The notes below the pieces were generated by a model. The model was not told the origin of the DNA, made no database searches, and was given only the letters and a program-made list of their open reading frames with translations. The position numbers and the translations under genes are program-made. A DNA stretch of 64,000 nt from Pristiophorus japonicus (Eukaryota). Shown here one piece after another: positions 24,186-35,520 of this stretch. The stretch is taken from positions 31,868,001 through 31,932,000 of the forward strand of contig NC_091999.1 in NCBI RefSeq assembly GCF_044704955.1, given 5' to 3'. Positions within the stretch are counted from its first letter, which is position 1, and every line of letters begins with the position of its first letter.

Positions 24186-25928
24186 TTTGTTATTTTTTAT
24201 AAATTTATTTGCTTATTTACGCACTGAATTAATTTAATTACTTTGTTTTTATTCAAATGGTTATTTATAATTATATTAATTAATTAGTAATTATAGTTAA
24301 ATTATTAATTTAATAAAGTATTGTTATTGCTCCCAGGTCTTAGTGTGGACCAAACTTCGAGAAAAAAGGTAAAACTCACCAAACGTTCATCTACCTGCTG
24401 TATTTTGGAGGCCAAAGCAGCACCTCCTTCAACCATTGTTCCCATTCAAACTCTCACCAAATTCCGTTTAATATCACTGTGCAGAACGCACTGTGCATCA
24501 GCAGTTAGTGTTTAGTTTTATACCATTGGAGCCACACACAAGTTACAAGTGCTGTCTCAGCTCCATGCCCATTGCTCGCAGTAATTGGCACATATTTAAG
24601 ACTAACACTTACAGCTGACTGATAGTTAACTACTACTAACAGGCAGTTTCTGCTAACTTCTGTTTTTAAAGTTCTAAGTTCAATTCAAAACGTTAATCCA
24701 AATGTCCCTTTTTACAGCTAATACTCAGCCAGACTCACCACAGACTTACCACTGAATCTCACTTTCTCTCCGTTCCCAAGTTTAGCACTCTCTTTGTGCA
24801 CTCCGTTTAAGATCAGGATGTGATGATAGAGAAAGCTCTGACATGCTTTGCTGGGCCGAAATGGTCGGGGTGGGGAAGGTCGCTCTGTAAATTTGCAGTC
24901 CACAGGCAGATGGGCTGCTAAGTCCCAGCACCCCCAGGGAAACCTCAGGGGAACCGCCTCAGACCAGTTTGCAGCCGCGAGTAACGAATGGCCTATTTCT
25001 GTGCTGCAGACATTAAGTAACTCTTTGTAAAGTGAGGTGTGAAGGAGAAGGGATGTCTGAAATGCGATACTGGGTCAACTACAGACCAGGGCGTGGTCAG
25101 AAGGGCAGGTCTGTGATGTCACAATGCTCAGGCACAGTGTCATGCGAGTTTCCCCGCTTTATTACATCACACATACTGCAATACCTAGCAACAAATCTCG
25201 TTACCACCCTCCCTGAACACTGCATATTATGGGCTATGTTTAGCACGGAGATTTTACAGAGAGTGAGGAGGAGCTGAGTTTAATGGGTGTCGAGTGTGTG
25301 CGGGGAACACTTCATCCTGAAAATCACCGCATTGTTCAGGCAAACTTACAAAGGAACGTTATAGTGGTGAATGTCACTGGGATATACTCCGTCTGCAGGA
25401 GACCCTTTAATCCCAAAGGTAGATTATCTGAAACAAGGATACGTCACTGTCTCCGGGCGCTGGGGCTGCTCAGGTTAAACCCCACTGGGAGAAAAACACA
25501 AGGAGCCTGTAAAAGGATGAAAGCACTGACCTTTGAGCCTTTGAAACCTTCCCTCCCTGGCTGTTGTTTGGTCCCAGGCCATTTCCCCCCAGCTTTCCCT
25601 GGGAGTGCTGGGGACTGAGCGGCCCGCCCGTGGACTGAAAAGTAACAGAGCCACCTTCCCCGCGCCGCTCCCTTTGGGTAAACACATCCGACACGAGCCT
25701 GGCGGTCGGTAGCTATATAAATCCGTCCCAGGCCGCAGCAGACATCTTAGCGGGGATAAAACCTGCAGGAGTCCAGCGGGACTGATCTCCGTGGACTTCC
25801 CCACCTCTATCATTTTTGTTAGTCGCTGAATCCGCGCGGTGAAAGATGAAAACAGGCCTCACTGTGTGTGTATAACAGAGATGAGCGGATTGGGCAGAAC
25901 ACCCGCCCAAAACATTGTGTGATTCTTA

Positions 25929-26827
25929 TTATTTAATACATTTAACAATTACAGTAAAGGGATATTTCACCACATTCTTCAACTCCTCTCTGAATTTCGA
26001 CTGGGTCACGGCATAAATACATGTGTTGGTGCAGCAACTCAGGAGCTGAAGCATAAATCCAATTTCCTGTACATATTGAGGTAGATATACAGGAATAAAG
26101 TTTAACAAATACAATCGTTCAACCACAGAATATAAGAGAAACACTGCCCATAGCAGGATAAAATTGCCGGATATAACAAACAGTAAAATGATGGATTTCC
26201 TTCGATTCTCCATCTCTGGGTCACTGGGAATCTCCCCACTGCTGTGGGCCCTGAGTCTCCTGCGGGCTCTGCTCGATACTAAAACTTGTCTGACAGTTAA
26301 AGTATTGAGCAGAAGGATCAGAACAAATGGAATAAACGGTGTTATAATATAATGAAGGAATTCAATTACTGCCCATGATAGTGACTCAGAGACTTCCCAT
26401 GTAACAAAACAAAACCAGCTACCATTGGAAATCTGATACATACCTCCATACATAAAGTACCAGAAAGTGTTCTTTACACAGAACAGCGCACTCAGTGTTC
26501 CCATAGCCACAGTCGCCGTTTTCTCGGTGCAATATTTGGTTTTGAGCTTCTGACAACAAATGGCTATACATCGATCAAAGGTAAAAGCAACTGTGAACCA
26601 GACGGAACAGTCTGTGACTGCGTAAAGCAGGATGGCATGGATATTACACACTTTACTCTTCCACATGAACTCAAACGCGGTTGAATAAAGAATAGGAATC
26701 TGCCTGGATATCAGGTCGAGGATAACGACCAGTAGATCTGCCGCTGCCATTGCCACCAGGTAACGGCTGACACACTTGGAGAGACCGCACCTTCCTCGAG
26801 ACAGGATCATTATCGTCACTAAGATCA
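25929..26827 (-). CDS. GPR139/GPR142-like class A GPCR, exon 2
   Basis: ILSRGRCGLSKC, YLVAMAAADLLV, DCSVWFTVAFTFDRC, DPEMENRRKSI, LQLLSCCTNTCIY are hallmarks of the cartilaginous-fish GPR139-like family. Acceptor TTGCAG at 26833-26828; frame open to the stop. Confidence 0.93.
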
Positions 26828-26934
26828 CTGCAAGAAAGAGAAAAACAGGGAATTTATATTTCAGATTGAGAGCAACTTCAGCTGTCTCAAAGAATTATGT
26901 GTGGAATGTGTCAGGATTAAATGAACTATCCAAT

Positions 26935-27250
26935 GGGACGTGTGGTGTTTGGATCAGGACTGATTACACCAGCGGATGGGACGTGTGGTGTCTGGGTCAG
27001 GACTGATTACACCAGCGGATGGGTCGTGTGGTGTTTGGGTCAGGACTGATTACACCAGCGGATGGGACGTGTGGTGTTTGGGTCAGGACTGATTACACCA
27101 GCGGATGGGTCGTGTGGTGTTTGGCACAGGTATTGAAAGAACCAATATATGGGACGTGTGGGTGTCGGGGCAAGGACTGAATGTACCAATGGATGGAACG
27201 TGTGGGCGTTGGCTCTGGACTGAATGTACCAGTGGATGGGATGTTTGGGT
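26935..27250. repeat. 43-bp tandem repeat in GPCR intron
   Basis: CAGGACTGATTACACCAGCGGATGGG recurs at 26955, 26998, 27041 and 27084, then degenerates. Confidence 0.9.
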
Positions 27251-27439
27251 GTTGTGACAGCGAGTGAGTGAAGCGGTGGTTGTGATGTGTGGTTGCTGGG
27301 TCATGACTGAAAGAATTAATGTGTTGGACTTTTGCCGGGATGTTAAAGCGCTGAATGAGACTAATATATAACGCCATATCCAAGTCAGAGTGAGCAATAA
27401 TTCAGCACAAGAAGCCGCGAGTTTGTCAATAACCTGTGT

Positions 27440-27665
27440 CCATTGAGGGGAATAGAGTCATTGTCCAGGGATGGGAATGTAGTCTGGGGACAGCGAGGGG
27501 AATGGAATCTGTGTCCAGGGAGGAGAATGGAGTTGTGGGCCAAGGGAGGAATGGAGTCTGTGGCCAAGAAAAGGAATGGAGTCTGTACAGGGAGGGGAAT
27601 GGAGTCTGTGGCCAAGGTGGGGAATGAAATTTGTTGCCAGAGAGGGGAATGGAGTCTTTGGCGAG
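27440..27665. repeat. About 26-bp degenerate tandem repeat (GGGGAATGGAGTCTGTGGCCAAG)
   Basis: Repeated GGAATGGAGTC motif. Confidence 0.8.
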
Positions 27666-28484
27666 ATTATGGCGGTTGTGTCGAAGGCTGAAGAAGATGA
27701 CTTGAATTGCATTATGTATCGAAATCAGAACCTTTCCAACCATTGTATTGAAAGTACACTTTGTAACTGGCTTAAGCTGACTTTCCAAGAATATTGCAAA
27801 TAATCTTTAAAGAAGGGACTGTCGCTTTACAATAGACTAATGATGACCCATGTTGTATGATGTCACAGAGGATTTTCGAACGTGTCTGTTTACAGCTGGA
27901 ACCATGTCAACCTGCTGCCTTTCACCTGGTGTGAGAAAGTTACAGACTTCCAGTTGACAGAGAGAGTTTGAGACTGGAAATATCAAAATATTTCACAATA
28001 TAGTGCTACATTTTGAATAGTTGCTACCGTGCGGCCCACACCGAGATCTCCTGAACTGTGGCTGAAAAAGGAAATAAATCAATTCAAGCACAACTGAATA
28101 AACATTTTACTGGAAGACGTATTGCAGTTTTAACCCTGTCCTGATCATCTGGAATTAGTGACGGTGAGGCAGAGCGGGAGGCGGTGGAAATTACGACAAC
28201 TCTCTATACCTGAATCATTAGTGGATAATGTCTCATATCTCAGTGTATTTGTGAAGGATCTCTCAACGCTGATTTCCACAGATCAGTGTCATTAACAATA
28301 ACCAGCGGTCCTTAAAACACGTATTACCTCTGAACACATATTTATTATCCAACACTGGGCATCAGTGCAGAAAGCTGACTGCAAGCTGTTCAATAATATA
28401 ATCGTTCACTAACATATCTTGTGTCAATAAAATCAAATTTCTGTCAAATCCTGTAAACCACTATCACTGGAAACAAGTTGCGGA

Positions 28485-28928
28485 AACAACACACTGTTTC
28501 TTGAACTGGGAGCAGTGAGTCAGCAAATTATCAAACATTACATGACAGAAATTTCCGTGCATTGCCTGACACAGAACAAGAGGTTTAAATTGTGAAAACA
28601 ACATACTGTTCATTGAACTGGGATCAGCGAATCAGCAAATCATCAAACATTACATGACAGAAACTTCCGTGCATTGCCAGACACAGAACAAGAGGTTTAA
28701 ATTGTGAAAACAACATACTGTTCATTGAACTGGGATCAGCGAATCAGCAAATCATCAAACATTACATGACAGAAACTTCCGTGCATTGCCAGACACAGAA
28801 AATAGGTTTAAATTGTGAAAACAACATACTGTTCATTGAACTGGGAGCAGCAAATTAACAAATGATCAAACATTACATGACAGAAACTTCTTTGCATTGC
28901 CAGACACAGAACAAGAGGTTTAAATTGA
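28485..28928. repeat. 112-bp tandem repeat, about 4 copies
   Basis: GAACTGGG at 28503, 28615, 28727 and 28838. Confidence 0.92.
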
Positions 28929-29015
28929 ATACAATTAATAACTAGAACTAAAGGACAAGGACAGAAAATTAAGAGAAACATGGGTTACATAATTAATTGT
29001 AGATGAAGGTCTCAC

Positions 29016-29112
29016 CAGGAACACCAACTGCAGCGAGGAGCGGGTAATAAATACGTTCCACATTCAAAAGTGCCCACAGGATCCTAAGCTCAGTTGGAAT
29101 CTCCCAGAACAT
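29016..29112 (-). CDS. GPR139-like GPCR, exon 1 (MFWEIPTELRILWALLNVERIYYPLLAAVGVP)
   Basis: 97 nt, phase-1 donor G|GTGAG at 29015-29011, in frame with exon 2, giving a 331-aa protein. IYYP..AAVGVP is the family TM1 start. An in-frame stop lies upstream of the ATG. Confidence 0.9.
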
Positions 29113-29202
29113 GATTTGACTTTCTGTGACCTCCAATGAGAACTGTTCCTTTTAGACAACAACTTCAGTCAAACATTGCTGTACAGGCTGAAAAAAATCC
29201 CT

Positions 29203-29209
29203 ATTTATA
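29203..29209 (-). promoter_or_regulatory. Candidate TATA box for the GPCR
   Basis: GGCTATAAATAG on the minus strand, about 90 bp upstream of the ATG. Confidence 0.55.
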
Positions 29210-29564
29210 GCCTGAGTGAACTCTCCAGTGAGACAATTAAACTGCACACTGAAGGATATTAATCACAGTCACTGAATAAACAAGTTGTCCGAACCTTTTC
29301 TTTGCATCACTTTCAATTGCAAAATATCTTAAAAGCAACGTGGCTTTCAGATCAAATAACTTTATCCAAAACCAATCACTATTGGTAAAAGCAGAAATAG
29401 TTAAGTCCACAGAATCACAGCATGCATGTGAAGGGAGCAGCTTCATTTAGGGAGTTTATATTATTACTGAGATATAAAATAACTCTGTAATTTCAGATTT
29501 TCAATTCACTTCTCGGCGTAACACAAGTGAAATAAAACAAATGGAAGGATAGATTACTAAGTAA

Positions 29565-30560
29565 AGGTCAGTAACATACATGGGGACTGACAGTACAGTG
29601 CTAAGTAAGGATACATTGGCACTGATAATACAAGGTCAGTAAAGATATATGACGACTGATCACACACTGGTCAGTAAAGATACATGAGGACTGATAATAC
29701 AATGGTCAGTAAGTATACATGGGGACTGATAATACAGTGGTCAGTAAGGGTACATGAGGACTGATAATACAATGGTCAGTAAGGGTACATGGGGACTGAT
29801 AATACAGTGGTCAGTAAGGGTACATGAGGACTGATAATACAATGGTCAGTAAGGGTACATGGTGACTGTTAATATAATGGCGAGTAAGGATACATGGGAC
29901 TGATAATACAGTGCTCACTAAGTGTACATGCGGATGGATAATACAGTCGTCAATTAGGATACATGGGGACAGATAATACAATGGTCAGTAAGGGTAAATG
30001 GGGACTGATAATACAGTGGTCAGTAAGGGTACATGGGGACTGATAATACAGTGGTCAGTAAGGGTACATGGGGATTGATAATACAATGGTCAGTAAGGGT
30101 ACATGGTGACTGTTAATATAATGGCGAGTAAGGATACATGGGACTGATAATACAGTGGTCACTAAGTGTACATGCGAATGGATAATACAGTCGTCAATTA
30201 GGATACATGGGGACAGATAATACAATGGTCAGTAAGGGTACATTGGGAAGGATAATAAAATGGTGAGTAAGGGTAGATGGTGACTGTTAATATAATGGTG
30301 AGTAAGGATACATGTGGACAGATAATACAGAGGTCAGTAAGGAGACATGGGGACAGATAATACAGTGGTCACTATGGGGACATGGGGCATATAATATATT
30401 GGTCAGTAAGGGTTCATGGGGACAGATAATACAGTGGTCCGTAAGGGCATATGGGGGCAGATAACATATTGGTCAATAAGGGTACATGGGGACAGATAAT
30501 ACAATGGTCAGTAAGGATACATGTGTGCTGTTAATACAATGGTCAGTAAGGATTCATGGC
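29565..30560. repeat. 35-bp minisatellite (GGTCAGTAAGGGTACATGGGGACTGATAATACAGT)
   Basis: Period 35 (e.g. 29704, 29739). Confidence 0.95.
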
Positions 30561-30619
30561 GACCTATGCCATGCAGATAGTCACAAGCCATGCTATCGTT
30601 TATTTTACTCAGAGCATGA

Positions 30620-32693
30620 AATGGAGAGACTGGAGGTGAGGAAAGGCGATGAAAGGAGCAGAGAGGTGAGGTGGGGAGAAGAGAGAGGACAGGAGGCGGG
30701 AGGGGAGTAGGCGAAAGGAGATGAGTGTGGAGGAGAGGAGAGGAGGGGAATAGGAGAGCAGAGGTGAGGGGAGGAGATGAGTGGAGTGGAGAAGAAAGCA
30801 GAGCAGAGTAGAGGATAGGAGGTGAGAGGAGAGGTTGGAGGAGGAAAGAGAGAAGATGAGCAGGAAGGGGAGGAGGGTTTAGTGGAGGAGAGGATAGAGG
30901 AGAGGGGAAGTAGAGAGGAGAGCAGAGCAGAGATGAGTAGAGGAAAGTTGATAAGAGGTAAGGAGAGGACAAGAGAGGAGAAAAGAGGGCAGAGGAGAAG
31001 ATAGGAGAGGGGAAGAGAGGAGAGGAGGGGAATGGAGATGAGAGTGTAGGGGAGATGGTAGGAGAGGAGAGTGGAATAGAGGTGGGGAGAAGGTAGGGGA
31101 GAGAAGAGAGATGAGAGGGGAGAGGAGGAGAGGAGCGGAACGCAGAAGGGAGGAATGGAGTGAATTGGAGAGGGGAGAGAGGATGCGAGGGAAGGAGAGT
31201 AGAGCAGAGGAGAGGGGAAGGGCGGCGGGAGAGTAGAGGAGAGACCATCAGAGGAGAAGAGAGGAAGAGAGTGGGGAGAGCAGGGGCGAGAAGAGATGAG
31301 AAGGGAGGGGAGGAGAGGGGAGAAGAGAGGGGAAGTGGGGAGGAGAATGGAGGGGAGAAGAGCTGTGGAGAGTCGAGCAACGGAGAGGAGAGTAGAGGAG
31401 ATGAGAGGAGAGGAGAGAAAAGATGAAAAGGAGAGAGGAGGGTAGTAGATTAGAGGAGAGGAGAGGATGAGACATGGGACAAGAGAGGAGAGGAGAAAAG
31501 AGGGCAGGAGAGGAAAGAAGAGTGGGTAGTGGAGAGGTGAGTAGAGGTGAATGGAAAAGAGGGGTGGTGAAGTTAGGGGAGAGGAGAGGAGAGAGAAGAC
31601 AATGAATGAGAGGAGGAGGTGAAAAGAGGGTAGAGGAAAGGAGAGCAGATGGGAGGAGAGGGTAGGAGGGCAAGGAGAGGAGTGGAGAAGAGAGGAGTGG
31701 AGAGGGTACAGGAGAGCAGAGGGAACGAGAGGAGCGGGAAGGAGAAGAGAGGGGAGAACATCAGAGGACACAAGTTGAGGATAGGAGTTAAAATGAAAGG
31801 GGAGAAGAGGTGAGACGGAGGGGAGAGGGGAGAGGAGAAGAGTGGAGAATTTAGGGGAGCGGAGTAGAGATGATTGGAGTGGAGAGGAGAGTAGAGATAG
31901 AAGCGACTTGAAAACAGGGGGGAGGAGAGGATAGGGGAGGAGAGGAGATGATTGGAGATGAGAGAGCAGAGGAGAGGAGATGAGAGGAGATGAGAGGAGA
32001 ATGGAGGAGAGGAAAGGGGAGGAGAAATGGGTCGGGTGAGGGGAGAATGGAATAGAGGAATGGAGAAGGTAGGCGAGAGGGGAGAAAATGAGGACATAAG
32101 AGAGTTGAGGAGAACAGCTGAAAGGGGAGGAGAGTTGTGGAAAGGCGGGGAGATGGGAGAGGAGAGAGGAGAGAACGGGAAAACAGGTGAGGAGAGAAGT
32201 GGAGAGGAGAGAGGAGCAGATGGGAGAAGGGATGAGCCGAGTGGAGAGGATAGAGGAGGAGAGGGGAGAGGAGGAGAGAAGATGAAAGGAAAAGGAGGTG
32301 AGCAGAGGAGAGAGGAGATGAGAGGAGTGTGGAGGAGAGGGGAGGCGAGAGGAGGAGAGTTGTGGAGAGGGGAGGAAAAGAGGGACGAGCGGAGAGAGGA
32401 GGGTAGAGATGAGCAGGGAGGGGACGAGAGTGTAGGGGAGGAGAGGTGAGAAGAAAGCAGAGCAGGGGAGAGTAGAGGAATGGAGAGTAGATGTGATGAG
32501 AGGAGAGGAGAGGTAATTGGAGTGAAGAGGGGAGGGGATTAGAGGAGAGGACTGGGCAGGGGACAGGAGAGGGTAGTGGCGAGGATAGGAGAGGAGAATA
32601 GAGTAGAGGAGGGGAGAAGGCAGGGGAGAGGAGAGGAGATGAGCATAGGAGAGATGTGAGGAGAGAGGAGAGGGGAGGGGTGAGGAGGGTAGG
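30620..32693. repeat. About 2-kb polypurine (GGAGA)n-like low-complexity tract
   Basis: The plus strand is almost all G/A; the ORFs here are S/P/L- or E/R/G-rich artefacts. Confidence 0.95.
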
Positions 32694-33291
32694 TGTTGGG
32701 GTAAAAAGGAGGCTTCTCACCTTTAAGGTGGACTAACTGATGGAGCTAAACGACATCTCGCACAGCTTCCCACTGTATAACGACCAAGGAAGTAAACAAA
32801 CGAAACCTCAGGTTTATTGGTTTTATTACGAGCAATGCACGGGATGGTTCAATCTTGGAACCTCTGAAATAGAAGGGTTTTCAAGCATAATTTATACAGG
32901 TGTTGGAGAGGAGCTTTCCTCCTGCAAAATCATCGATAGTTCTATTGCTATTAGCGAAGTTACATTGATTTATTGACTCTTATCAGATGGGCTCTGAGTG
33001 GTACATGCAACAGCCCATCTCTCATCTTTGTTTTGTTCCATTTTGCCCTCTACCCCAGTATATCCGATGTCTGGTACGGTTGTCCTGGCTTCTTTATCTC
33101 TTCTCAGGGACTTGTAAAGAAAACTGCTGATATTGGCTGCTTAAGTCTTACTAAGTTTAAGCTATAATATACTGCGTATAAGCGTGTTATACCTTTATAA
33201 GCAAGTGTTACATACATAGGTAATTGATAAGTTCACAACCTTCAGCATAATTCTGACCCCATATCTACAACCTTTTTATTTATCCTTTACG
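32694..33291 (-). repeat. ERV-B 3' LTR
   Basis: Homologous to 40493-41090. Minus-strand AATAAA (about 32812-32826) and TATAAA (about 32891-32896); PPT-like GGGCCATTAGGGGGAAT adjacent at 33292-33308. Confidence 0.88.
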
Positions 33292-33519
33292 ATTCCCCCT
33301 AATGGCCCTTGGCTATATGCCCAAGATAGGCAATTTCGCAATTAATTCCACATGGGTGAGCTTCCAGGGGTGACCTTTTACTTGGGTAGTGCTACTTCCC
33401 GAGCTCCTGGACCTATCTGTTGGTTTGCCCATCAAGGTTATACTATGTATGTCCTTTCTGCCGGACAGTCTGATTTCCCTTTCTTCAATGTTTTATCCAT
33501 AGTACGGACTAGGGCCTGC

Positions 33520-35300
33520 CTCTTACGTCGGTTACAGCTTTTTAAAGGATAATACTAGCAAGGTGAATTCCCTTGCACTACAACCAGTACAATGAGTCCA
33601 GCATAGTTCGTGTATAAGTCCTTTCTAGCCAATATTTTCTCGGTGTTAGAATTATGCCCCGCCTGGGGTATCCTCTCATTCTTCTACTTTTCCTCCACTT
33701 GGGGTCTTCTCTATTGTACCGAATTCCTGCCCTGCCTGGGGTATCCTCTATGTTGACGAATGGTGTCCATTTCAGTCCAGTTTGTTTCTCTTTCAGTTGG
33801 AGTATTGGTTTTCCTTGTTGTCCGATGGCCTTCGCATAACCTCCTCAGGTAATGTCCATCATTGCCCCGAAGATCTTTCCTCCTTTAGCTCAGGGGTTGT
33901 AATAAACCCATTTATATCTGTCTCGTCAAGTGGAGTGAAGCAGAAGTCAATATCCATAATGGTGCATGACGTGTTCCTTTCTTCATTTCAGTTGCCGTGA
34001 TGCTCACACATGAATCTCCATATCCTCGTGAAACAGCGATAATTTTGTAGTCCTGTGTTAGTGGGGGTGATGCTCAAGGTGCACCCGTCCACTTGGTTAT
34101 ATCCACAGTCATCTTTGATCATTCGTAGTAGATCTCGACATAAAGCAACTTGGTTATTTTTATAACAATCTACATATGCTGAGACTCTTAGTACTGTTGT
34201 TCTCTTCAATTAAATTTCTGTTTTTTCATCGTACCGCACACGAGTTTGATTCCTTTTTACTCCGACATTGTTTGGTGTAGAGTATCTACGATTGTCACAT
34301 CATACTGTCATATAGATAATAAAAAATCTATTTAATGTGCGGTTACACAGCAGGCCTTTGAAACCCAAGCATGACTGTTTCTCTGCACCTCGCAGGCATG
34401 AGTCATGTTTTTTCTAAGGTCCAGTTGGTAAATATATCGACTGTTATCCAATCCGGCACCTTTCTATTCTGAAGCTGTTCAATGTTATGTTGTATTCCAT
34501 TCAGCAACCATACTCCATATCCTATACATAATAGTTCTGTCTGTATGGTTTTACTTAAGTTCGTTTCTGCTCTTTTCATTTTTAGTTCTGGCGTGGTCTC
34601 GCAATGTGTGGGCCACTTTAATAATTCCCTTTCTGCGCCATTACCGAGTTGTGTCTGTAACTTTTCATGATCCTCATCCCTTTCCAGCAATCCCTGTAAG
34701 GTTTGTGTTTGGGCGTTAACTCGATCATCTATCGTGTCTGGCTCTATAGTGTTCCAACTCCCGCAACGTATCCCACCGTGTACCATTTCTAGAATCCCTC
34801 TTTTTCCCCTGTCCCGTTTTTTACCTGACCCTCTTTCGACAATAAATTTCATGGCTTTTGATTGAGGGCCTTTAAGTGCTCGCAGGGTCAGGTTTCTATA
34901 CAGGCTTATACTGTTTAACCTGCAGGTGTTGGTGTTAGTTATATTGTTTAAATTTACGAATACAGTAATTATTCGCTGACGTACCCTGAAGTGTATCTTA
35001 TCCTTGGTCTGCCATAGCAATTTCTCTTTTGCCCCAGTGTTCACAGTTGGACAGGTTTGTGGCGCTAGGGGTGTGATGGTCGAGGTCCTGGTAATGCTCA
35101 CTGTTGCTAAACTAGTGGATGGGGCCGTGTTGGTGGGTCTATCTCTGGAGATATCCCTCCACCACCATTCATAGATGTTAGTGAAATCTGCAACCCCTTC
35201 CCCGGGTGCAGTATGTTTGACCCTCCTGATTATAAAACACACCGCGGTCTTATTCCCACTAATTATGGTCCCGTATTATTGACACATCCCCAATGTTGTT
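33520..35300 (-). pseudogene. env: ERV-B env (class I fusion glycoprotein), disrupted
   Basis: ORF 34403-35242 has a Thr-rich stalk, RDRGKR|GILEMVHGG cleavage site and heptad region. Cys-rich segments follow (DDCGYNQVDGCTLSITP), then a hydrophobic remnant at about 33570-33600. Confidence 0.82.
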
Positions 35301-35520
35301 TCGTTTCCTTGTTACGTTGTTTTATGCCCGTTATTTAACTCTACTGTTGTTCCGTCCGTCACCATCAGTGTTTTTGATGTTTTATTGAACTAATGTCGCC
35401 CAAGTCCCTGTAATACAGGCCTTGCCATCCCTCAGTCTGTTGTCCCTGATATGAGGCTGCGTTACTCCACGTTATTTCCACGAGCTCTTGAGTCCTGCAA
35501 AAAGCAATATTTTCCAGTCG

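Noticed and set aside
30508-32720. S/P/L-rich ORFs up to 388 aa
   Set aside because: Low-complexity polypurine/polypyrimidine artefacts.
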